NCBI GenBank assembly: GCA_001821765.1
Contig: MHOA01000003.1
Location: 1-53,555 of the forward strand
Reading direction: 5' to 3'
Length of the DNA stretch: 53,555 nucleotides
From: Candidatus Ryanbacteria bacterium RIFCSPLOWO2_12_FULL_44_26
Lineage (GTDB): Bacteria; Patescibacteriota; Minisyncoccia; Ryanbacterales; HO2-45-13
The position numbers and the translations under genes were made by a program. Each line of letters begins with the position of its first letter. Position 1 is the first letter of the stretch. The notes beneath the pieces were generated by a model. It made no database searches. It was given only the letters and a program-made list of their open reading frames with translations, and had not been told where the DNA came from. Shown here in pieces: positions 43,372 through 51,559 of this stretch.

Positions 43372-45105
43372 GTGATGATGGACCTCACTCGGCAAACACT
43401 CGAAAAACGCCTTGAAAAATACCCCGAACAACAGCGGAACTTTATTCTCCTTGCCTACGAAGTGGCTGATAAGTGCCACAAAGATAAAAAGCGAGCCTCG
43501 GGAGATTCTTATATCATCCATCCCCTAGCAGTCGCTTTAAACATCATGCGGTTTGGATTTGACGCGTCAACGATTGCCGCGGCGCTACTCCACGACACTA
43601 TTGAAGATTGCGGCTTTAAACCGGAAACGATACAAAAAACATTTGGTGATAACGTTCGTTTTCTTGTGGAAGGCGTGACAAAACTGAAACATATACGCTA
43701 TAGCGCCGTACAGAAAAGGGCTGAATCTGTAAGAAAGATGTTTCTGGCTGTTGCAGAAGATATTCGCGTGGTCATCATTAAACTTTATGACCGCCTGCAT
43801 AATATGCAGACCATTCAATACATCCCTAAAAACAAACAGCAGCGGATCGCTCTTGAAACATTAGAGCTCTACGCTCCGCTTGCGTACCGCCTCGGCATCG
43901 GAGAACTGAAGGGACAATTAGAAGACCTTGCGTTCCCCATTGTGTACCCAAAAGAACATGCATGGCTTGTGCAAGAAATCAAAGAACGCATTCCTCAAAG
44001 AACTCAATATCTCAAACATCTTATCCCAATCATTAAAAGAGAACTGCAAAAAGAGGAAATCGAAGCGCCCGACATACATATACGAGCGAAACATTATTAC
44101 AGTTTGTGGAGAAAACTTGTAAAAAATGATATGGATTTCGGATCAATTTATGACCTTGCGGCAGTTCGCATTATCGTGCAGAGCATTGAAGATTGCTATA
44201 CCGTTTTGGGGATCATACACAAAATCTGGAAACCGCTCCCCGGGCGCATAAAAGATTATATAGCGCTGCCAAAACCCAACGGGTATCAAAGTCTGCATAC
44301 AACGGTATTTGCAGAGGATGGTAAAATCGTTGAACTGCAAATCCGCACCCACAAAATGCACGAGGAGGCAGAATTCGGAATTGCGGCGCACTGGGCATAT
44401 GACGAAGCCGGAAAGTCTTCACTGCGCGCAAAAGCCACCGAACAGGAATCCACGCTCATCAAGCAGCTCCAAGAATGGCAGCATACGTTCTCCGATGCAA
44501 GCGGCGAAGAATATCTTGAGTCGTTAAAAATTGATTTCTTTAAGAACCGGATATTCGTGCTCACACCAAAAGGCGAGGTCATTGACCTGCCGGAAAGCGC
44601 TACACCCATTGATTTTGCTTATTATATACACACCGATATTGGGAACAGGATGATGGGAGCGAAAATCAATGGAAAACTCGTGCCATTCTCATATGAATTA
44701 CAATCAGGGGACACAGTTGAAATTCTAGTTCAAAAAAACAAAAAACCATCCCCTGACTGGCTCAAATTAGCAAAAACATCTGTGGCGAGATCAAAAATCA
44801 GATCCAGCTTAAAACGCGCCGGCATTCAACTCCCGAAGTTTCAGGGATTAAAAAAAGCGCCAAAAGAATTTTTACTGGAAGTGCAGGTGAAAAACAGGAT
44901 AGGCATGTTAAAAGATATTACCAGCGTGTTTGCGGACGCAAAAATAAATATTACTGTGCTGCACACAAAAAGAGATAATGCTGATTATCCAATTATTTTC
45001 TTCCGATGCGCCTCCCCTAAAAAACGCACGTTTAACGATGCACTCGTTGAAATACAAAAAATCAAAGGCGTCATAAACACAAAAGTAACGGAATCTAAAC
45101 CGTAA
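43372..45105 (+). CDS. rel: bifunctional (p)ppGpp synthetase/hydrolase, compact RelA/SpoT homologue
   Basis: It has the HD domain (HPLAVA...LLHDTIEDC), the synthetase motif (RIKDYIALPKPNGYQSLHT), a TGS domain (VLTPKGEVIDLPESATPIDFAY) and a C-terminal ACT-like region. It is 577 aa long, and the start is GTG or ATG at 43372-43378. Confidence 0.88.
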   Translation: MMMDLTRQTLEKRLEKYPEQQRNFILLAYEVADKCHKDKKRASGDSYIIHPLAVALNIMRFGFDASTIAAALLHDTIEDCGFKPETIQKTFGDNVRFLVEGVTKLKHIRYSAVQKRAESVRKMFLAVAEDIRVVIIKLYDRLHNMQTIQYIPKNKQQRIALETLELYAPLAYRLGIGELKGQLEDLAFPIVYPKEHAWLVQEIKERIPQRTQYLKHLIPIIKRELQKEEIEAPDIHIRAKHYYSLWRKLVKNDMDFGSIYDLAAVRIIVQSIEDCYTVLGIIHKIWKPLPGRIKDYIALPKPNGYQSLHTTVFAEDGKIVELQIRTHKMHEEAEFGIAAHWAYDEAGKSSLRAKATEQESTLIKQLQEWQHTFSDASGEEYLESLKIDFFKNRIFVLTPKGEVIDLPESATPIDFAYYIHTDIGNRMMGAKINGKLVPFSYELQSGDTVEILVQKNKKPSPDWLKLAKTSVARSKIRSSLKRAGIQLPKFQGLKKAPKEFLLEVQVKNRIGMLKDITSVFADAKINITVLHTKRDNADYPIIFFRCASPKKRTFNDALVEIQKIKGVINTKVTESKP

Positions 45106-46057
45106 AATCTTTTAAGTCATCTATGGTCAACGTGGTGTCGGCCAAAGACGACGCGGCGGAGTCTTTGGTGTTTCCGTCTTGAGCAGTATGTGCATCGCCT
45201 GATTCGTCAACAGATGCTTCGTTATGTGCCTCGGTCCTTATTTTCTTAACAATCCCGCCGAGCTCTTCAGACGAGAAAAACTCTATTGCTATCTGTCCCT
45301 TTCCCATTCGATCACGGGTAATGAGCACCCTGGTTCCGAGAAAATGACCGAGTTCTTCTTCTGCAAGCTTTGCTTCTTCATCTATGGCGCGCCGAAATTT
45401 CCGAGACCGTTCAAGGGCAACACTTCTTGCAAATTGTTCTGCCTCCCTCACAGATAAGTTGCTGGAAATAATATTTTCGTAAAGTTTTTTTTGTTCCTCC
45501 TTGTGACCCTCCAGCATTAAAAGAGGGCGGGCATGTCCTTCGGTAATCTTTCCGGCAATGATGCCCTCTTTAAATTCATCTTCCAAGTTCAGCAAACGCA
45601 AGGCATTGGCAACAGATTCTCGAGATTTCCCAATGCGAAACGCGATCTCACGCTGGTACATGCCAAATTCCTCCATTAAGCGTTTATATGCCATTGCCCG
45701 ATCAATGGGGTTAAGATCTTCCCGCTGAACATTCTCCACAATGGCAAGCTCCAGTTTTATCTTGTCGGACTCTTCGCGCCGAACAACGGCGGGAACTTCG
45801 CGAAGACCAAGCATAACCGCCGCTCTCCATCGGCGTTCGCCGGCGATGAGCTCGTATTCTACTGCGGTGCCGGTCGGCACTTCCCGTTCAATACGAGAAA
45901 CGACGAGCGGCTGCAGGATGCCATATTCACGAATTGATGCCGCAAGGTTTTTTAAAGAATCCTCGTTTACACTGTGCCTTGGCTGCATTGGATTAGGTTT
46001 AACCTTGTCCGTTTCAATCCAATAGATATGATCGCTTTGTCTTGGACTGTCGCTCAT
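45095..46057 (-). CDS. parB: ParB/Spo0J-family partition protein
   Basis: It has the ParB box LIAGERRWRAA and an HTH region (QREIAFRIGKSRESVANALRLL). Its 3' end overlaps the convergent rel gene by 11 nt. No parA is present in the window. Confidence 0.85.
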   Translation of the reverse strand: MSDSPRQSDHIYWIETDKVKPNPMQPRHSVNEDSLKNLAASIREYGILQPLVVSRIEREVPTGTAVEYELIAGERRWRAAVMLGLREVPAVVRREESDKIKLELAIVENVQREDLNPIDRAMAYKRLMEEFGMYQREIAFRIGKSRESVANALRLLNLEDEFKEGIIAGKITEGHARPLLMLEGHKEEQKKLYENIISSNLSVREAEQFARSVALERSRKFRRAIDEEAKLAEEELGHFLGTRVLITRDRMGKGQIAIEFFSSEELGGIVKKIRTEAHNEASVDESGDAHTAQDGNTKDSAASSLADTTLTIDDLKDFTV

Positions 46058-46198
46058 AGCAATATATGTAGGGTAACGTATGAGTATAAAATTGACAAAT
46101 ATCTTCCGCGGTTACGTCAAACTACAACAGCCGCCTTGCACGGCATGGAACACTTGTATATGATGAAATCATAAGGACGGTATCTCTAGACACAAACA

Positions 46199-47338
46199 AT
46201 GAAAAAAATCTCTACCATTACACTTTTGTCTGTAGCAGTACTTCTGGCAGCCTTTCCGGCATTTGGAGCAATGCTGAAGACGGGAGAAGAATATACGCTC
46301 AACAAAAATGATGCTACGGAAGAAAATCTCTACATCGGCGCCGGCAACATTTCCGTTGCTGGAAATGTTCGTAGAGACCTTGTTGCTGGGGGAGGAAATA
46401 TTATCGTAACTGGAAATGTTACCGAGGATATACTGCTGGTCGGGGGAGACATTGGTGTTTATGGACAGACCGGACAAGACTTAAGAGTGCTTGGGGGGCA
46501 AATCATTGTAGGAAATAATGTAGGACAGGAACTGGTGGGCGCGGGTGGATCTATTCATGTTTTGTCAGGAGTAACGATAGACGGTGATACAATGCTTGCC
46601 GGAGGAACTGTGATACTTGAGGGGACAGTAAATCAAAACGTACATATTTTTGCCGGTGAGGTAAAAATCAACGGCTCCATCTTAGGAAACGTTTATGTTG
46701 TAACTGACGAACTGACGATCGGAAAAAATGCTTCCATTACCGGAAACCTCATATACAGCGCAGAGGAAGAAGCAACAATTCTTGAAGGCGCAACGATACT
46801 TGGAGAAACACACTTCACCAAAAAAGACATCGGGGGCCGCAAGGCCGGGGCAGGTTTTCTCGGATTTATTGGCTTTGTTTCTCTTTTAAAACTCGCGATT
46901 GTCCTTACGGCCGGTCTCGTTGCTGTATTTTTCTGTCAAAAAACGTCAAAAGCGCTGGTAGAACAGAGCCTTTCAAACATTTGGATAGAGACCGCGCGCG
47001 GTTTTGTTATTTTAGTGGTCATCCCATTCGCCGCATTATTTCTTCTGATAAGCATGCTCGGCGCTCTTATCGGGCTGGCGGTAATATTGATGTATATATT
47101 CTTGCTTATCGGCGCGAGCGTATATGCCGGCATCATTTTTGGCGGATGGTTATATAAATACATATGGAAAGATAAAACAATTGAAGTTAACTGGAAAACC
47201 GCTTTTCTGGGGATTGTGCTTTTGCATCTGATCGGTTTGGTGCCGCTCGTCGGATGGGTTATCAAACTACTGTTGATGCTCACGGCACTGGGCAGTATTT
47301 CCATATACATATACAGAAAAGCACTGACCTTAGGATAA
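46199..47338 (+). CDS. secreted beta-helix-repeat (bactofilin/DUF583-like) protein with a C-terminal 4-TM domain
   Basis: It has the signal peptide MKKISTITLLSVAVLLAAFPAFGA, followed by about 9 iterations of G-x-[IV]-x-[IV]-x-G-x-V-x-x-D/N-[LV], and then four hydrophobic segments. Confidence 0.6.
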   Translation: MKKISTITLLSVAVLLAAFPAFGAMLKTGEEYTLNKNDATEENLYIGAGNISVAGNVRRDLVAGGGNIIVTGNVTEDILLVGGDIGVYGQTGQDLRVLGGQIIVGNNVGQELVGAGGSIHVLSGVTIDGDTMLAGGTVILEGTVNQNVHIFAGEVKINGSILGNVYVVTDELTIGKNASITGNLIYSAEEEATILEGATILGETHFTKKDIGGRKAGAGFLGFIGFVSLLKLAIVLTAGLVAVFFCQKTSKALVEQSLSNIWIETARGFVILVVIPFAALFLLISMLGALIGLAVILMYIFLLIGASVYAGIIFGGWLYKYIWKDKTIEVNWKTAFLGIVLLHLIGLVPLVGWVIKLLLMLTALGSISIYIYRKALTLG

Positions 47339-47427
47339 AAAAACACATGGGAAGTCTGATTCCCCCTTTCTCATATATATGCTTCCTTTATACTGGTTTA
47401 TCAAAAAACCATTACAATCCTTTACCG

Positions 47428-47679
47428 TCAGGCAACTTTATAAACCAGAGCGCCTTCTTTCGTTGGATTGGTCACTTTCACTGCCACTTCCTCGCCGCTT
47501 TTTCCTCTCTCAACAGGTTCATGATTAATCTGCATTGAATCTACTGTCATTTCAAATTCATTGTCCCCTTTTACAATTTTTATGTTGTCTCCAGTGGCGA
47601 TAGCTCCATCAAGCTTTACCACCGCGACCATGGCTTTATCAAAATAGTGTATGACTTTGCCAATTGGCTGTTCGTCCAT
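47428..47679 (-). CDS. small EF-Tu-domain-2-like beta-barrel protein
   Basis: MDEQPIGKVIHYFDKAMVAVVKLDGAIATGDNIKIVKGDNEFEMTVDSMQINHEPVERGKSGEEVAVKV resembles a translation-factor domain II barrel. Alternative in-frame starts exist at 47721 and 47766. Confidence 0.6.
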   Translation of the reverse strand: MDEQPIGKVIHYFDKAMVAVVKLDGAIATGDNIKIVKGDNEFEMTVDSMQINHEPVERGKSGEEVAVKVTNPTKEGALVYKVA

Positions 47680-47834
47680 AACATTAAAAAATTCACTAAT
47701 GAAAAGACCTTTAATCGGCATCCCGGAAAGCGATCCGGAACACACATCACGCTTTTTATCATACACATTTTCTAACGTATTTCCAGTGCCCAGACAGTAA
47801 CGCCGTTTTTAGTGCTTTGCTTAAGCAGTCATGA

Positions 47835-49829
47835 TCACTGCGATAACGCGCGACCCCTCAAAAGCATGGCGTTCACCGCTACGATGACTGTGCTTAATGA
47901 CATAAACAATGCAGCCAGCGCTGGCTGGAGAAAAATTCCTTTAAAGGCCAATATTCCTGCAGCAAGCGGAATGGCTATCACATTATATCCGGTTGCCCAA
48001 AACAGATTTTGGAGCATCTTTACATAGGTGAGACGGGAAAGCCGGATGATTTTTGGAATGTCCCGCGGGTCATCCCTTACAAGGATGATGCCTGCTGATT
48101 CTATGGCGACATTCGTACCGGCTCCAATCGCAATGCCGATATCGGCCTGCGTGAGCGCAGGAGCATCGTTGATACCATCGCCAACCATTGCAACCTTCAA
48201 ACCGCGCCCCTGCAGTTCTTTGACTTTTTCTGATTTTTGGTGAGGTAATACACGCGCAAAGTACTCATCAATACCAAGCTCATCGCTTACCCACTTTGCC
48301 ACTTCTTCCGAGTCGCCGGTAATCACCGAAACCAGAACCCCAATCTCTTTAAGAGCTTTGACGGCCTCGCGTGATTCTTCGCGGATAATATCAGCAAGAG
48401 CAATCGCTCCGAGCAATACCCGATCTTTCAACGCAAAGATTATGGTTTGTCCTTTTTCGCCGGCATCCTGAACCTGTTTTGTAAGTTCCTTCGGAATAGT
48501 TATGCCAATGCTATCCAAAAGTGCTGGTCCGCCCACCATAATCTCTCTATCCTCAATGAACGCTTTTACTCCTTTGCCTTTTAACGCCTCAAATCTCTTA
48601 GGCTCCGTGAGCGGGAGTCCTTGTTCCTTAGCCTTTGTTACTACAGCCCTTGCAATCGGATGTTCGGAGAAGGCGTCAAGTGAAGCAGCTAATTTCAAAA
48701 CCTCATCTTTGCTGTGGCCGTTCGCGTTCCAAATTCCTACAACTCCGAACTCACCTTTAGTGAGCGTACCGGTTTTATCAAAAAGCACTATGTCAATCGT
48801 TCGCGCAGCCTCTAAAGCAATCCTCTGCTTTACGAGAAAGCCGCTTTGCGCCGCTTTGGTTGTGGAGATAGAAGCAACAAGAGGCACCGCAAGACCCAAA
48901 GCGTGAGGACATGCGATTACGAGAACTGCCACCAGACGCGCCACCGCAAAACCAACTCCGGCACCTGCGATAAGCCAAGCAACAAACGTAACGCCACCTC
49001 CCATAATCGCGATAACAGTGAGGTAGAAAGCAGCTCTATCGGAAAGCATTTGAAGGCGCGATTTAGATGCCTGCGCCTCGGCAACCAAGCGCATGACGCC
49101 GGCAAGAAAGGTTTTCTCGCCGATATTGGAAACCTTAACTTTGAGCGCGCCATCGCCATTGATCGTTCCGGCAATAAGAGTATCACCTTGTTTTTTCGGA
49201 ACCAGTTTTGATTCTCCTGTGACCATTGACTCATTTACGTCCGAATATCCATCAATAATCGTGCCGTCAGCAGGAATTTTAGCTCCGGGTCTTACAAGCA
49301 CCATATCATTCTCCCGAAGTTTAGAGAGTGGAATTTTTTCTGTTTTGCCGTCGCGGATCACATCTGCAGTATCCGGAAGCAGTTTAGATAATTCCTTCAG
49401 TGCGCCTTGTGCGCCGCTTACCGCGCGCATTTCAAGCCAGTGGCCGAGAAGCATGATGGTTATAAGCGTGGTAAGCTCCCAAAATAAAGCTTCCGCGCCT
49501 GCAAATACTGCATACAAACTCCAGAGGTAAGCGGTAGAAATAGCAATACCGATAAGCGTCATCATGCCGGGGAGTCGCGCTCCTATTTCTCTCCATGCTC
49601 CAACTAGAAATACCCAGCCGCCGTAGAAAAAAACGATTGAACCAAACGTAAGCGGCAGATACTCCGATCCAGGAAAAGCAGGCGGAGACCACTTGAAAAG
49701 TTTCTCGACCACATCTGCATAGAGCACGACAGGGATCGTGAGAACCAGACTCGTCCAGAATTTTCTGAAAAACATAGCGGTGCTGTGCCCGGCATGCTTA
49801 TCATGCGAACTGTGATTACGGTGACTCAT
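47835..49829 (-). CDS. copB: heavy-metal P1B-type ATPase, CPH (CopB-like) subtype
   Basis: It has a His-rich N-terminus (MSHRNHSSHDKHAGHS) and no CxxC HMA domain. The TM6 motif is IACPHALGLA, phosphorylation site FDKTGTLT, and hinge GDGINDAPAL. Confidence 0.88.
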   Translation of the reverse strand: MSHRNHSSHDKHAGHSTAMFFRKFWTSLVLTIPVVLYADVVEKLFKWSPPAFPGSEYLPLTFGSIVFFYGGWVFLVGAWREIGARLPGMMTLIGIAISTAYLWSLYAVFAGAEALFWELTTLITIMLLGHWLEMRAVSGAQGALKELSKLLPDTADVIRDGKTEKIPLSKLRENDMVLVRPGAKIPADGTIIDGYSDVNESMVTGESKLVPKKQGDTLIAGTINGDGALKVKVSNIGEKTFLAGVMRLVAEAQASKSRLQMLSDRAAFYLTVIAIMGGGVTFVAWLIAGAGVGFAVARLVAVLVIACPHALGLAVPLVASISTTKAAQSGFLVKQRIALEAARTIDIVLFDKTGTLTKGEFGVVGIWNANGHSKDEVLKLAASLDAFSEHPIARAVVTKAKEQGLPLTEPKRFEALKGKGVKAFIEDREIMVGGPALLDSIGITIPKELTKQVQDAGEKGQTIIFALKDRVLLGAIALADIIREESREAVKALKEIGVLVSVITGDSEEVAKWVSDELGIDEYFARVLPHQKSEKVKELQGRGLKVAMVGDGINDAPALTQADIGIAIGAGTNVAIESAGIILVRDDPRDIPKIIRLSRLTYVKMLQNLFWATGYNVIAIPLAAGILAFKGIFLQPALAALFMSLSTVIVAVNAMLLRGRALSQ

Positions 49830-49834
49830 AAAAT

Positions 49835-50299
49835 TTATTCAATATTCCACTTAAATGATCGTCCGGAGACACCACCGACGTTCTTGATTATTAATTCGAC
49901 ATAAAGCGGTGCCGGATCCAGTGCCCCAAACGTCAACACTCCTTCGCGGTGATGACCACCAGGCCCCTGTCCCTCCCAAGAGATTGGTTGATAAGTACTG
50001 CCTTCGTTATCTACCAAAGATGTTACCTTTAACAGATCATCATCTAAACTCCCTGAATGAGTATCAAACGCAACAGTAAACTTCCATACTTTTGCGTCTC
50101 TCCCAAACTCGATGGGGGTAATGTTAATCGTCACCGGTGGCTGGTCATCGGTTTTGGTTTCCCAACCACCTTGCGATGTGTTTGCAGATTGCTCTGCCGG
50201 TTGATGATTGGCTCGCTGCGATTGTTCACGGTTGAATACTCCAAAATAAACAAGAACAATAGTGGCCAAACCAATAATTATGTAAAATAAATATTTCAT
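49835..50299 (-). CDS. membrane-anchored beta-sandwich-like protein, possible metal-binding partner of the ATPase
   Basis: It has an N-terminal anchor and then VTINITPIEF...WKFTVAFDTHSGSL...STYQPISWEGQGPGGHHREGVLTF. It is 5 nt from the ATPase start and overlaps the upstream gene (ATGA). Confidence 0.55.
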   Translation of the reverse strand: MKYLFYIIIGLATIVLVYFGVFNREQSQRANHQPAEQSANTSQGGWETKTDDQPPVTINITPIEFGRDAKVWKFTVAFDTHSGSLDDDLLKVTSLVDNEGSTYQPISWEGQGPGGHHREGVLTFGALDPAPLYVELIIKNVGGVSGRSFKWNIE

Positions 50300-50733
50300 G
50301 TCTCCTTAAATTTAATGACTTTGTTTGTCATATAGAGAATGCCGCCGAGATTAAACAGGAGTCCTACCCAAAACAGCTCAATCTGGTACTGGGCGACAAA
50401 CGTCACGATACCGACAGTGCCTAAAATAGGGAGCAGATTTGCAAGGTAATGGGTGCAACAGGAGATCATTGCCGCCGTAGATGTAGTACCGGTCACTCCC
50501 AAAACTCTGCCCTCGCCGTGCATACCTTTGACGAGGCTTCTTAAATGCGTATATAGCCCGATCTGAATTCCGAAGCCGAGGGCAAGACTTACAATAAAAT
50601 ACCAGAAGTCAAAAAATTGAGCTTGAGCATAGTTCCATCCTGATACCAACGAAAGCACTACGAAATAAACTCCAAGCAGCATAGAGCCTGCTAGGATTCC
50701 ATATAGAATTGATTTTGCAATGCCACTTGGCAT
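50296..50733 (-). CDS. 4-TM membrane protein with intramembrane Cys-Cys-x-His motif
   Basis: A 145-aa protein. The motif TSTAAMISCCTHYLANLLPILG lies within TM3. It is translationally coupled to 49835-50299. Confidence 0.55.
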   Translation of the reverse strand: MPSGIAKSILYGILAGSMLLGVYFVVLSLVSGWNYAQAQFFDFWYFIVSLALGFGIQIGLYTHLRSLVKGMHGEGRVLGVTGTTSTAAMISCCTHYLANLLPILGTVGIVTFVAQYQIELFWVGLLFNLGGILYMTNKVIKFKET

Positions 50734-50788
50734 AGTAATTTTTATTTATTTGATAAGGTATACACCTTCATTGCTTTATTTTTATTTT

Positions 50789-51436
50789 TCATATTTTTTG
50801 AGCGTGAAAGAAGTGATTATACCCGTAGCGCACATACATTTTTATTGAAAAACCGTGGTTTTGCAATAACTGTTCCATTTCTTTTTGAACATAATATCTG
50901 TGCGCTGACTCTGTTCGTTTGGCAATCCACCCAAAAAATCTTAATAAGGCAGTCTCTCCCGCAACATCAACCAGAAAGAAACTGCCGCCGGATTTTAATA
51001 CGCGCGCGATTTCGGCAATAGCGCGCTCTTCTTCAAATATATGGTGGAGGGCATCTGAAATAAGCACAATATCAAACATTTTGTCGCGGAAAGGGAGTGC
51101 AGCCGCATTACCTTCAGCAATGGTTACGTTACTTAAATTTTTTATTTTATGCCGTGCTCTTAAGACCATTGCTGGTGTTAAATCCACACCGGTAAATTGT
51201 GACTTTGGGAATGTTACAGCAAGTCGCCGGACAACCTCGCCAGTGCCGCAAGCAACATCAAGCATCGCCACCCCCTCCAGAAGTATGATACCGGCTTCTT
51301 TTGTAATCATGCCGATGACCCGTTTATAAAATGGTTCAAAATATATTCGAAATATTGAGCCGTCATAAAAACCAGAACACCAAGTAAAGAGGTTTCTGTT
51401 TTTCCGCTCAAAAGTTGTTTTATCCGCTACTGTCAT
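50789..51436 (-). CDS. class I SAM-dependent methyltransferase
   Basis: It has motif I (MLDVACGTGE) and the post-I and motif II/III spacing (FDIVLISDALHH...LKSGGSFFL). Confidence 0.8.
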   Translation of the reverse strand: MTVADKTTFERKNRNLFTWCSGFYDGSIFRIYFEPFYKRVIGMITKEAGIILLEGVAMLDVACGTGEVVRRLAVTFPKSQFTGVDLTPAMVLRARHKIKNLSNVTIAEGNAAALPFRDKMFDIVLISDALHHIFEEERAIAEIARVLKSGGSFFLVDVAGETALLRFFGWIAKRTESAHRYYVQKEMEQLLQNHGFSIKMYVRYGYNHFFHAQKI

Positions 51437-51559
51437 TTATTACTTTTTCTTTGATAATTTATACACGGAAAGAATTTCCTTCATCGCTTAAAGTACTGCT
51501 AACTTACTCTTATATGGAATATCTGGAGCGATATAATTTCGTGCAAGTGAAACCTCAGA

